From Trueperaceae bacterium (GTDB lineage: Bacteria; Deinococcota; Deinococci; Deinococcales; Trueperaceae): a stretch of DNA of 64,000 bases. Below, in pieces: positions 9,937 through 18,729 of this stretch; position 1 is the stretch's first letter; every line of letters starts with the position of its first letter. The notes beneath the pieces are model-generated. The model was not told the origin of the DNA and did not search any database. It worked only from the letters and a program-made list of their open reading frames with translations. A program made the position numbers and the translations under genes. The stretch covers positions 1 through 64,000 of the forward strand of contig DASSXV010000041.1 in the NCBI GenBank assembly GCA_035703635.1. The letters run 5' to 3'.

Positions 9937-10550
9937 CGAAGGCGCTGCCTTCCAACAGGGTGCTAGTCGGCGACCTCGTGCGCCTCGAGCCGCTTACGCG
10001 CGCGCACGTGCCCGCGCTGCTCGAGATAGCGTTCGCTCACCCTGAGGAGTTCCGGCTCACCTCGACCCCCACCAACGACGCGGCCGCGGAGGCGTACTTC
10101 GGACCCGTCTTCGAGCAGCAGGCGCTAGGTGAGGCCCACCCAGTAGCGGTGATAGACGCTGCAGGGCGAGTGGTCGGCACGAGCAGGCTTAGCGAGGTCA
10201 ACTTCAAGCACATGCGCTGCGAGCTTGGCTTCTCCTGGTACGACCCGGCCCTGTTCCGGACAGGCGTGAACATCGAATCGAAGCTCCTCATGCTGCGCTT
10301 CGCCTTCGAGGACCTCGGCATGCACCGCGTGCAGATCCACACGGACAGCCGCAACGTGCGCTCGCAACGCGCCATCCTTGCGCTGGGAGCCCGCTTCGAA
10401 GGGGTGCTGCGCCGCCACCAGGTCGCCAAGGACGGTTACGTCCGCGACACCCTCGTTTACGGCATAACGGACCTCGACTGGCCGGAAGTCGAGCCGCACC
10501 TCGAGGCGCGCCTCGCCAAGCGCATCGCGCAAGGCCCGAACGCCGCCTGA
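9933..10550 (+). CDS. GNAT (RimJ/RimL-type) N-acetyltransferase
   Basis: VRLEPL, ELGFSW, NVRSQRAILALGARFEGVLR; GTGA overlap. Confidence 0.88.
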   Translation: MTKALPSNRVLVGDLVRLEPLTRAHVPALLEIAFAHPEEFRLTSTPTNDAAAEAYFGPVFEQQALGEAHPVAVIDAAGRVVGTSRLSEVNFKHMRCELGFSWYDPALFRTGVNIESKLLMLRFAFEDLGMHRVQIHTDSRNVRSQRAILALGARFEGVLRRHQVAKDGYVRDTLVYGITDLDWPEVEPHLEARLAKRIAQGPNAA

Positions 10551-10577
10551 CGCCGCCGAACCCTCGCCTGTCTGTGG

Positions 10578-11282
10578 TTAGCGGATACCGTGCAGGATCT
10601 CGTCTAGCCCCTGCGGGTCGGTGATGAACACTTCCTTCGGCCTCGTCTCGATGACGCCTTCAGACTCGAGCGCCTTGAGGGCGCGCGTCACCGTCTCGCG
10701 CGACGTGCCCGCGAGGTTAGCTAGCTCCTGGTGAGTGAGGCGCACGAGCGCGCGCTCGTTGTCGTGCTCGACTACCCCGCCCTGGAAGAGGCGCAGCAGC
10801 ACGTAAGCTACGCGGCCCTGCGCGTCCTTGTACGACAAGATCTGCGACTCGTCGTCCATACCGCGCAGCCGCTCAGCCAGGGTGGCGTTGAGGTTGAGGC
10901 TGATGGTTGGGTAGTCGGCTATGAGCTTACGGAAGTCGTCATTGAAGAGCAGGTAGGCGTTAACGACACCGAGCGTGACGGCCGTGGCGCTGCGCGTCGA
11001 CTCCCCGAGCAGCGCCATCTCACCGAAGTACGCCGGAGTTTGAAGGATGGCTAGCGTTTTCTCGTGACCCCCGAGGTCGACTTTGGACAGCTTCACCAGT
11101 CCGGACTCCAAGATGTACAGGGCTTCGCCCTTGTCGCCCTCTTGGAATACGGTCGTGTTCGGTTCATAGACGCGCTTGCGTACCGCCGCGGCCGCGATCT
11201 CGAGAGCGCGTTCCGGGGCATTCTGGAAGAGTGGCACGCGGCTTAGTAGCTGATGGAGATCAGTCAATTCCGGGTTGCTCAC
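10578..11282 (-). CDS. Crp/Fnr family transcriptional regulator
   Basis: cNMP domain (FGEMALL...RSATA) and HTH LTHQELANLAGTSRETVTRAL. Confidence 0.93.
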   Translation of the reverse strand: MSNPELTDLHQLLSRVPLFQNAPERALEIAAAAVRKRVYEPNTTVFQEGDKGEALYILESGLVKLSKVDLGGHEKTLAILQTPAYFGEMALLGESTRSATAVTLGVVNAYLLFNDDFRKLIADYPTISLNLNATLAERLRGMDDESQILSYKDAQGRVAYVLLRLFQGGVVEHDNERALVRLTHQELANLAGTSRETVTRALKALESEGVIETRPKEVFITDPQGLDEILHGIR

Positions 11283-11357
11283 ACCAACTCCAATTCGACC
11301 GCACCAGAGATTAGCTGTCTGCTCGGGCTAATTGCGGTTGCCACGTATAGTAACCCC

Positions 11358-12086
11358 GTGAGCCATGTCGTTGCGAGTTACGGTCTGGAACGCCGTTTCA
11401 AGGCGCCCGGCGGCGACGTCGTGGTGCTACGGGGCGCGGAGCTCGAGGTCAAAGAGGGCGAGGTAGTCGCGGTTCTCGGGCCGTCTGGTTCAGGGAAGAG
11501 CACCCTCCTGCACCTCCTAGGTGGCCTCGACCGGCCAGACGCTGGCGAGATCTACTGGGGCGACTTCCCGGTTCACGAGTACGCTCCACGAACTTTGGCC
11601 GCGCGGCGCGCCAACTACGTCGGGCTCGTCTTTCAGAACCATTACCTGTTACCAGATTTCACGCTCCTAGAGAACGTGACGATGCCTAGCCGCATCCTCG
11701 GCCGCCCTGACGAGGCGCGTGCGACGGCGCTGCTCGAGCGCGTCGGGCTGGGGGAGAGGCTGCATTTCTTGCCAAGCAAGGTGTCGGGTGGCGAACGCCA
11801 GCGCGCGGCGGTAGCCCGGGCATTGGCGCTCAAGCCGAAGCTGCTCTTAGCTGACGAGCCGACGGGTTCGCTCGATCACGCGCGGGCAGAGGAAGTCTTC
11901 TGGCTGCTTCTCGGCCTGGCAGCCGAGGAGCGCACGGCGATAGTCGCCGTGACTCACGACGAACGGCTGGTAGACAGCGCCGGGGTAAGGAAGCTGCGCC
12001 TCGTCGATGGTCTCCTCGTGCCAGCCCTCCAAACCGCCTCGCACCCACCGCTAGTCAACATCGCGAACTCCGACCCAGTCGAATGA
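11358..12086 (+). CDS. LolD/MacB-like ABC ATP-binding protein
   Basis: GPSGSGKS, VSGGERQR, LLADEPTGSLD, VTHD; start GTG 11358 six nt after TATAGT. Confidence 0.85.
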   Translation: MSHVVASYGLERRFKAPGGDVVVLRGAELEVKEGEVVAVLGPSGSGKSTLLHLLGGLDRPDAGEIYWGDFPVHEYAPRTLAARRANYVGLVFQNHYLLPDFTLLENVTMPSRILGRPDEARATALLERVGLGERLHFLPSKVSGGERQRAAVARALALKPKLLLADEPTGSLDHARAEEVFWLLLGLAAEERTAIVAVTHDERLVDSAGVRKLRLVDGLLVPALQTASHPPLVNIANSDPVE

Positions 12087-12183
12087 ACGCCGAGGAGCAT
12101 GTTATATTCCACACACGAGTCTCATGCAGAATGTGGAATCTGACGCCCACTCCTGCCGACTTGTCATTTACGGGAGGTTATGG

Positions 12184-13743
12184 ATGAAGCGAATACTCAT
12201 GGCGTTGGCCTTGTTTGCCACCCTTGGCTTGGGATCTGCCCAGGTCTTGGTGGTCGGACAGTCTGGCTTGCCAGTTACCCTCGATACCGGTCAGGACGGC
12301 AACTCGCTGACCCCGGCGATGCAGGTAGTCGAACGCCTCGTCGGCTTCGCTCAGAGCAGCGCCCAGATCGAGCCGCTGCTCGCCACCTCGTGGGAGCCTA
12401 ACGACGATTCCAGCGTGTGGACCTTCCACCTGCGCGAAGGCGTCACCTTCTCGGACGGCACGCCGTTCGACGCAGAGGCAGTCAAGTTCAACTTCGACCG
12501 CTGGAACCACCTGGACAACGACTACAACTTCGTTGAAGAAGGCAAGACCTTCACCTCCTTCACGTACGTTTTCGGCGGCTACTACGGCGAAGACGGCTAC
12601 GAGATCGAGTCCGTCGACGTGGTCGACGCCAACACGGTCAAGTTCACGCTTACCGGCTCGTTCGGCTTCTTCCCGCAGCAACTGGCTAGCTCGTACTTCG
12701 GGCTTCACAGCCCCGCCGCCGTCGCCGCCCACGGCGTGGAGTACGGCACGCCGTCCGGCCCTATCGTCGGCACCGGTCCCTTCACCCTCAAAGAGTGGAT
12801 AGACGGCGACCGCGTAACGCTCGACCGCAACCCCAACTACTGGGGTCAGGTCGCTGGCGTGGAGCAGATCGTGTTCCGCGGCATCGAATCCCCGACCGCT
12901 CGCCTAGCGGAGCTCGAGGCCGGCAGCATCGACATCGCCCTCAACCTCTCGCCAGAGAGCTACTCCGTTGTCGCGAACAGCACGAGCTTCCGCCCGGTCA
13001 GCGCCGACTCTGACCTCGTGCTCGGCTACCTCGGCATGCACCAGGCCAACAAGCCGTTCGACGACCTGCGCGTGCGTCAAGCGTTCGCGCTCGCCATCGA
13101 CAAGGCCGCCATCGTCGAGGCGTTCTACGGCGAACTCGCTGGCGTCGCGAACGAGTTCATCCCACCTGGCCTCTTCGGCCGCCTAGACAACCCGCCCTAC
13201 CCGTACGACCCAGAGCGCGCCAAGGAGCTCCTCGCAGAGGCCGGCTTCCCTGACGGCTTCGACACCGAGTTCTGGTACATGCCAGTCTCCCGCCCGTACT
13301 ACCCGGCGCCCAAGGACGTGGCCGAGGCCATCGTCAGCTACCTAGGCGACGTCGGCATTCGGGCCGAGCTCAAGACCGAAGACTGGGGCATCTACCTCTC
13401 GGATTACCTCGAGGGCAAGTTCCCCATGTACATGCTCGGCTGGAGCGCGGACTTCGCGGACCCGGACAACTTCATCTCGTCCTTCTTCAACTCCGCGAAC
13501 GCCGTCGGCTTCGGGTGGGACAACCAGGCCTTCTTCCAGCTCGTCAAGGACGCTCAGCAGGCCGGTAGCCTCGTCGAGCGCGAGCTCCTCTACCAGCAGA
13601 TCGAGCAGACCCTCTACGACGACCTGCCCGCCCTGCCGTTCGTGAACCCAAGGACGCTTAACGCCGTGCGCAACAACGTCCAAGGCTTCTACCCGAACGC
13701 CCTCGGTAGCACCGTTCCGCTGAACACCGTCACCAAGAACTAA
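12184..13743 (+). CDS. ABC substrate-binding protein, family 5 (DppA/OppA-like), copy 1
   Basis: Signal peptide MKRILM...GSA-Q (no lipobox), LREGVTFSDGTPFDAEAVKFN, GTGPF, MPVSRPY; GGGAGG RBS. Confidence 0.92.
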   Translation: MKRILMALALFATLGLGSAQVLVVGQSGLPVTLDTGQDGNSLTPAMQVVERLVGFAQSSAQIEPLLATSWEPNDDSSVWTFHLREGVTFSDGTPFDAEAVKFNFDRWNHLDNDYNFVEEGKTFTSFTYVFGGYYGEDGYEIESVDVVDANTVKFTLTGSFGFFPQQLASSYFGLHSPAAVAAHGVEYGTPSGPIVGTGPFTLKEWIDGDRVTLDRNPNYWGQVAGVEQIVFRGIESPTARLAELEAGSIDIALNLSPESYSVVANSTSFRPVSADSDLVLGYLGMHQANKPFDDLRVRQAFALAIDKAAIVEAFYGELAGVANEFIPPGLFGRLDNPPYPYDPERAKELLAEAGFPDGFDTEFWYMPVSRPYYPAPKDVAEAIVSYLGDVGIRAELKTEDWGIYLSDYLEGKFPMYMLGWSADFADPDNFISSFFNSANAVGFGWDNQAFFQLVKDAQQAGSLVERELLYQQIEQTLYDDLPALPFVNPRTLNAVRNNVQGFYPNALGSTVPLNTVTKN

Positions 13744-13763
13744 TAGCGGCTCTCGGTTAGCCA

Positions 13764-13793
13764 CGTGGTGGGAGGCTTCGGCCTCCCACCACG
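13764..13793 (+). promoter_or_regulatory. Intercistronic 13-bp hairpin with UUCG tetraloop
   Basis: CGTGGTGGGAGGC-TTCG-GCCTCCCACCACG, perfect stem, no U tract. Confidence 0.65.
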
Positions 13794-13827
13794 CTGCAAA
13801 GGCCGAGACCCTGGTTGGGGTATCTGT

Positions 13828-14880
13828 TTGTTCGCTTACGCTATTCGCCGACTGCTCGGCCTCATACCGGTGTTATTTGGGGTGAGCCTGCTCGTATTCA
13901 TCATCCCGCGCGTCGTTCCAGGCGATCCGGCCACGATCATGCTTGGTGAGCGCTCGTCTGAAGCCAACCGTGAACGGCTGCGCGAGGAGCTCGGCCTCAA
14001 CCGGCCGCTCTTCCTCAACTTCACTGATTTCAAGGAACAGGGCGCGCTCGGGCTCTTCGACTCGCAATATTTCGAGTTCATGGGCAACATCTTGGTGCTC
14101 GACTTCGGGCGCTCTATCTTCTCTTACATCCCGGTAAGCAAGGGGCTATGGCAACGTTTTCCAGCCACGCTCGAACTCGCGCTCCTCGCCATGTTCCTGG
14201 CCATCGTCATCGGCATACCGCTCGGCGTGCTGGCGGCGTTGAAGCGCGGCACGGTAACGGACACGGCAGTCACGCTCATCGCGCTCGCTGGCGTGTCGTT
14301 CCCCGTGTTCTGGTTAGGCATCATCTTCATCTACATCTTCGCGGTCAACTTGGGCTGGTTGCCGTCGTCCGGCCGCATCAGCGTGAGCATGGAGATCATC
14401 GGCGGCACCGGGCTTTACGTCCTCGACGGCCTGCTGCAACGCCGCTGGGACTTCGCGCTCGACGCCTTCAAGCATCTGATAATGCCGGCCGTGGCGGTCG
14501 GCACCATCCCGCTCGCCATCGTGGTGCGCATGACGCGCTCTGCCATGCTCGAGGTGCTCGGCCAGGATTACATCCGCACCGCGCGCGCCAAGGGCCTCAC
14601 GCGCAGCGTCGTCAACCGCAAACACGCACTGCGCAACGCCATGCTGCCGGTCGTCACCGTCATCGGTTTGAGTTTCGGCTCGCTGCTCTCCGGCGCCATC
14701 CTCACGGAGACGGTCTTCTCGTGGCCGGGGATCGGCCGCTGGATCTACCAGGCCATCGCTAGTCGCGACTACCCGATCATCCAAGGGGGCGTCCTCTTCG
14801 TGGCCCTGATGTTCGTCCTCGTGAACCTGCTCGTCGACCTGTCGTACACCCTCATCGACCCTAGGATCCAGTACGCATGA
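13828..14880 (+). CDS. Peptide/nickel ABC permease DppB-like, copy 1
   Basis: PGDPA, RFPATLEL, RMTRSAMLEVLGQDYIRTARAKG, ETVFSWPG, DPRI; TTG 13828 chosen by homology with copy 2. Confidence 0.9.
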   Translation: MFAYAIRRLLGLIPVLFGVSLLVFIIPRVVPGDPATIMLGERSSEANRERLREELGLNRPLFLNFTDFKEQGALGLFDSQYFEFMGNILVLDFGRSIFSYIPVSKGLWQRFPATLELALLAMFLAIVIGIPLGVLAALKRGTVTDTAVTLIALAGVSFPVFWLGIIFIYIFAVNLGWLPSSGRISVSMEIIGGTGLYVLDGLLQRRWDFALDAFKHLIMPAVAVGTIPLAIVVRMTRSAMLEVLGQDYIRTARAKGLTRSVVNRKHALRNAMLPVVTVIGLSFGSLLSGAILTETVFSWPGIGRWIYQAIASRDYPIIQGGVLFVALMFVLVNLLVDLSYTLIDPRIQYA

Positions 14881-15797
14881 GTGACGCAGCCACCGCGCCA
14901 GCCGCGGAGCGCGGCAGCTCGCTTAGCCGCGACGTAGCCAAGCGCCTGTTCAGGCACCCGACCGGCCTACTCGGCATGGCCATCATCGTGCTCTTCGTGC
15001 TCTCGGCCCTCTTCGCACCGTTCCTGCGCCCCGGCGACCCTCTCAAGAGCAACCTGCGCACGCGCAACATCCCGCCGACGCTGGTCATGAGCCCTGCCGA
15101 CCTGGAGACGCGCGGCCTGTCGCGCGGCGATTACCCGCTCGGCACCGACGCTCAGGGCCGCGACCTCCTGCAACGCGTTCTCTACGGCGGCCGCATCAGC
15201 CTCCGTGTAGGGCTGTTCGCGGTGGCCATGGCCATGAGCGTCGGCACCCTCCTTGGCCTGCTCGCTGGCTACTGGGGCGGGCGGGTCGACATGTTCATCG
15301 TGTGGCTCATCGACATCCTACTGGCGTTCCCTGGCATCTTGTTGGCGATCTCCATCGTCGCCGTGCTCGGGTCCAGCCTCACGAACGCACTCATCGCCAT
15401 CAGCATCACGCAAGTGCCCATCTACATCAGGATCGTGCGCTCGGTAACGCTGCAGTTGCGTGGCAGCGAGTACGTTCAGGCCGCCCTCGCCCTAGGTTCT
15501 GGTTCGCAGCGGGTGATCCTCGGGCACATCCTCCCGAACAGCCTCTCGCCGCTGCTCGTGCAGCTCACCATGTCGACGGGCACGGCGATCCTCGACGTCG
15601 CCGCGCTCGGTTTCCTCGGCCTGGGCGCCCAGCCGCCCGCCGCCGAATGGGGTGTGATGATCGCCGATGGCTATAACCGTTTCCGTGAGGCGCCGTGGCT
15701 CTCGATCGCACCTGGCCTCGCGATCTTCCTCTCCGTCATCGGCTTCAACCTCCTGGGCGACGCAGCGCGCGACGCGCTCGACCCCCGGCTAAAGTAG
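14877..15797 (+). CDS. Peptide/nickel ABC permease DppC-like, copy 1
   Basis: LGTDAQGRD, GGRISL, EYVQAA, HILPN, EWG, NLLGDAARDALDP. Confidence 0.9.
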   Translation: MSDAATAPAAERGSSLSRDVAKRLFRHPTGLLGMAIIVLFVLSALFAPFLRPGDPLKSNLRTRNIPPTLVMSPADLETRGLSRGDYPLGTDAQGRDLLQRVLYGGRISLRVGLFAVAMAMSVGTLLGLLAGYWGGRVDMFIVWLIDILLAFPGILLAISIVAVLGSSLTNALIAISITQVPIYIRIVRSVTLQLRGSEYVQAALALGSGSQRVILGHILPNSLSPLLVQLTMSTGTAILDVAALGFLGLGAQPPAAEWGVMIADGYNRFREAPWLSIAPGLAIFLSVIGFNLLGDAARDALDPRLK

Positions 15798-15807
15798 GCG
15801 TCGGGTC

Positions 15808-16863
15808 TTGGTCGCGTACGTTCTAAGACGCCTGTTGGGGCTGATACCCGTGCTCATCGGGGTGACGCTCCTGATCTTCTTCCTCACCCGCGTGATCCCA
15901 GGCGATCCCGCCATCGCCATGCTGGGGGAGAGGGCGGCCCCGAACCTGGTAGAGCGCCTGCGCGTCGACCTCGGCCTTGACCGGCCGCTGTTCTTTAACG
16001 TCGCCGGGTTCCGCGAGACCGGGTCGCTCAAGAAACTGTTCGACTCCCAGTACTTCGGCTACATGGGTGGCCTGCTGCGAGGCGACATGGGCCGCTCGAT
16101 CCTCACGCTCGTGCCGATAACTCAGAGCCTGACCCACCGGTTCCCAGCCACCATCGAGTTGGCGTTGGCGGCCATGCTCCTAGCCATCGTGGTCGGCGTG
16201 CCAGCCGGCGTGATCGCGGCGATCAGGCGCGGCACCTGGGTAGACACGGGCGTGACGCTGGTCGCCATCGTCGGCGTTTCGTTCCCCGTCTTCTGGCTCG
16301 CCATCCTGCTCATCTACCTCTTCGCCGTCGTGCTCGGCTGGTTGCCGCCTTCCGGGAGGTTGTCGATCGGCACCAGCATCGAGCCGATAACTGGCCTCTA
16401 CGTGCTGGACGGACTGCTGCGCGGCAACCTCAGTGCCGCTGGTAACGCCGCCAAGCACCTGGTGCTGCCGGCGCTTGCCCTCGGCACCATCCCGCTAGCG
16501 ATCGTGGTGCGCATGACGCGCTCCGCGATGCTCGAAGTCCTCGGCCAAGACTACGTGCGCACGGCCCGCGCCAAGGGCCTGCCCGCCATGCGGGTGGTCA
16601 GGAAGCACAGCCTGCGCAACGCGCTGCTGCCCGTGGTGACGGTCATCGGACTTAGTTTCGGATCGCTGCTCTCCGGCGCCATCCTCACCGAAACCGTCTT
16701 CAGCTGGCCAGGCATCGGGCGGTGGGTGTACGACGGCATCGCCGCGCGCGACTACCCGATCATCCAAGGCGGCGTCATCTTCGTTGCCGCCCTGTTCGTG
16801 ATCGTCAACCTATTGGTGGACGTGTCCTACAGTCTCATCGACCCTCGGATCCAGTACGCCTGA
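15808..16863 (+). CDS. Peptide/nickel ABC permease DppB-like, copy 2
   Basis: Same motifs as 13828-14880 with long identical peptide blocks. Confidence 0.9.
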   Translation: MVAYVLRRLLGLIPVLIGVTLLIFFLTRVIPGDPAIAMLGERAAPNLVERLRVDLGLDRPLFFNVAGFRETGSLKKLFDSQYFGYMGGLLRGDMGRSILTLVPITQSLTHRFPATIELALAAMLLAIVVGVPAGVIAAIRRGTWVDTGVTLVAIVGVSFPVFWLAILLIYLFAVVLGWLPPSGRLSIGTSIEPITGLYVLDGLLRGNLSAAGNAAKHLVLPALALGTIPLAIVVRMTRSAMLEVLGQDYVRTARAKGLPAMRVVRKHSLRNALLPVVTVIGLSFGSLLSGAILTETVFSWPGIGRWVYDGIAARDYPIIQGGVIFVAALFVIVNLLVDVSYSLIDPRIQYA

Positions 16864-16912
16864 TGGGCCGCCTTGTGACTGGACGCAGATCGTTTGGAGA
16901 GGCGGTGCCGCG

Positions 16913-17797
16913 GTGGAGGCCGTGATCGACGTCGTAGAGCCAACTCAACCGCGTCGCCGCGGGAACGCTTTCCTGCGCCGCTTCTTCCGCCAACCGACGG
17001 GCGTGTTGGGCCTGGCCATCGTGCTCTTCTTGCTCATGGTCTCGCTGCTAGCGCCCGTTATCAAGCCGTACGACGCGCAGCGCGACCGCGACTTGCGTGC
17101 CCGGCTAGCCCCGCCTAGCGCCGAGCGTTGGTTCGGGGCAGACGAGTTGGGCCGCGACGTCTTCACGCGCGTGCTTCACGGGGGGCGCATCAGCCTGCGG
17201 GCCGGCCTCATCGCGGTGGCGTTCGCTGCCGTGGTCGGCACGCTGCTCGGTCTTCTCGCTGGCTACATCGGCGGGCGCGTCGACATGGCCGTCATCTGGC
17301 TCGTCGATATCCTGCTCGCCTTCCCGGGCATCCTGCTCGCCATAGCCATAGTCGCGACTCTCGGACCCAATCTGACCAACGCGCTCATCGCCATCGCCAT
17401 CACGCAAGTGCCCATCTACGCGCGCATCGTGCGCTCGGTCGTCATGCAGGTGAGGGCGCTCGAGTACGTGCAGGCCGTGCGCGCGCTTGGCTCCGGCGGC
17501 TTGCGGGTCGTGTTCAAACACGTTCTGCCGAACTCACTGGCGCCGCTGATCGTTCAGCTGACGTTGTCCATCGGCACGGCCATCCTCGACGTCGCCGCCC
17601 TCGGCTTCCTTGGCTTAGGGGCACAACCGCCAACGCCGGAATGGGGCCTCATGATCCGTGACGGGTTCTCGCAGTTCTTGCGGGCGCCGTGGATGTCGAT
17701 ATTCCCTGGCCTCGGCATCTTCCTCGCCGTGGTCGGCTTCAATCTGCTCGGCGATGCCGTGCGCGACGTGCTCGACCCGCGCCTCCGCAACCTGTAG
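16913..17797 (+). CDS. Peptide/nickel ABC permease DppC-like, copy 2
   Basis: FGADELGRD, GGRISL, EYVQAV, HVLPN, NLLGDAVRDVLDP. Confidence 0.9.
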   Translation: MEAVIDVVEPTQPRRRGNAFLRRFFRQPTGVLGLAIVLFLLMVSLLAPVIKPYDAQRDRDLRARLAPPSAERWFGADELGRDVFTRVLHGGRISLRAGLIAVAFAAVVGTLLGLLAGYIGGRVDMAVIWLVDILLAFPGILLAIAIVATLGPNLTNALIAIAITQVPIYARIVRSVVMQVRALEYVQAVRALGSGGLRVVFKHVLPNSLAPLIVQLTLSIGTAILDVAALGFLGLGAQPPTPEWGLMIRDGFSQFLRAPWMSIFPGLGIFLAVVGFNLLGDAVRDVLDPRLRNL

Positions 17798-17860
17798 CTG
17801 GCTCAGCCCGGCAGCGGCCGCCGGTCGGCGTCACTAGCGGCGGCCGCTAGTAAGTGGCGT

Positions 17861-18493
17861 TCAATCAGCGGCGGTCAGCTGATCGAGGTGAGCGTGGTCG
17901 TTAAGCAACACCAGGCTCGCCGTCTCGCCAGCGAAGCGCAGCACCGTCACGCTCACGTTCGCGATGTTCGGCCACGGCTCCGTGAAGGCGGGTTTCAGCC
18001 TGTCCTGCACCAGCCACAGGAAGCTGGCCACCACGCCACCGTGCGTGACGCACGCGTAGCGGCCGCTGGCCGGAAGCGCGTCAAGCCACGCCCCGACCCG
18101 CGCCATCACGTCGGCGTAAGACTCCCCGTTCGCTGGCCGCGCCAGGCTATCCCCGGCCTTCATCCGAGACCACAGCTCGAGTTCCGGCCCTTGAAGCTCA
18201 GTGACGACGCGCCCCTCGAAGTCGCCGAGCGACATCTCCCGCAAGCTCGGCTCGAGGAGCAGCCGCTGGTCAGGGAAAGCGATCTCGGCCGTGCGCCTCG
18301 CCCGCTGCAGGTCGGACGCGTAAACCGCATCGAACGTGATGCCAGCAACGCGCCCGGCCAAGGCAGAAGCTTGCGCCTCGCCGCGGCCGTTCAACTCCAC
18401 GTCACTGTGGCCCTGCAGCCTCTTGGCGCGGTTCCACTCAGTCTCGCCGTGGCGCACGAGCCACAGCTCAAGGTAATCGTGTTCGGGGGTCAC
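17861..18493 (-). CDS. Histidine phosphatase family protein
   Basis: LVRHGETEWN, QGHSD, SDLQRA, LREMSLGDFEG, GES, THGG. Confidence 0.9.
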   Translation of the reverse strand: MTPEHDYLELWLVRHGETEWNRAKRLQGHSDVELNGRGEAQASALAGRVAGITFDAVYASDLQRARRTAEIAFPDQRLLLEPSLREMSLGDFEGRVVTELQGPELELWSRMKAGDSLARPANGESYADVMARVGAWLDALPASGRYACVTHGGVVASFLWLVQDRLKPAFTEPWPNIANVSVTVLRFAGETASLVLLNDHAHLDQLTAAD

Positions 18494-18729
18494 GGGCGCC
18501 AGCTTAACCCACGACCAACGGCCCTTGCGGGCGTGATATCTTGTCTATCAGCGAAACAGTCCACTGGTGGACGGGCCACCTGACGCCTCGCGCCGACCGC
18601 CGAGAACCTTGCGCTGAGAACGCGCCGCTGAAAACGTAGCACTAGGTTGCTTGGGTTCGGCGCGGCTGAGGCGAGGGGTTCATGCCTCGAACCAGCGTGG
18701 ACGACCGCGAAAGCCACTTTGGAGGTTAC

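Noticed and set aside
13828..17797. Assembly artefact producing duplicated permeases
   Set aside because: The copies differ at many synonymous and non-synonymous sites and in loop lengths, so they are true paralogs.
18559..18712. TPP riboswitch or T-box call for the binding-protein leader
   Set aside because: GCTGAGA and ACCTGA occur in the wrong order for TPP. GTGGACGACCGCG does not fit the 7-nt UGGNACC T-box bulge, and there is no terminator.
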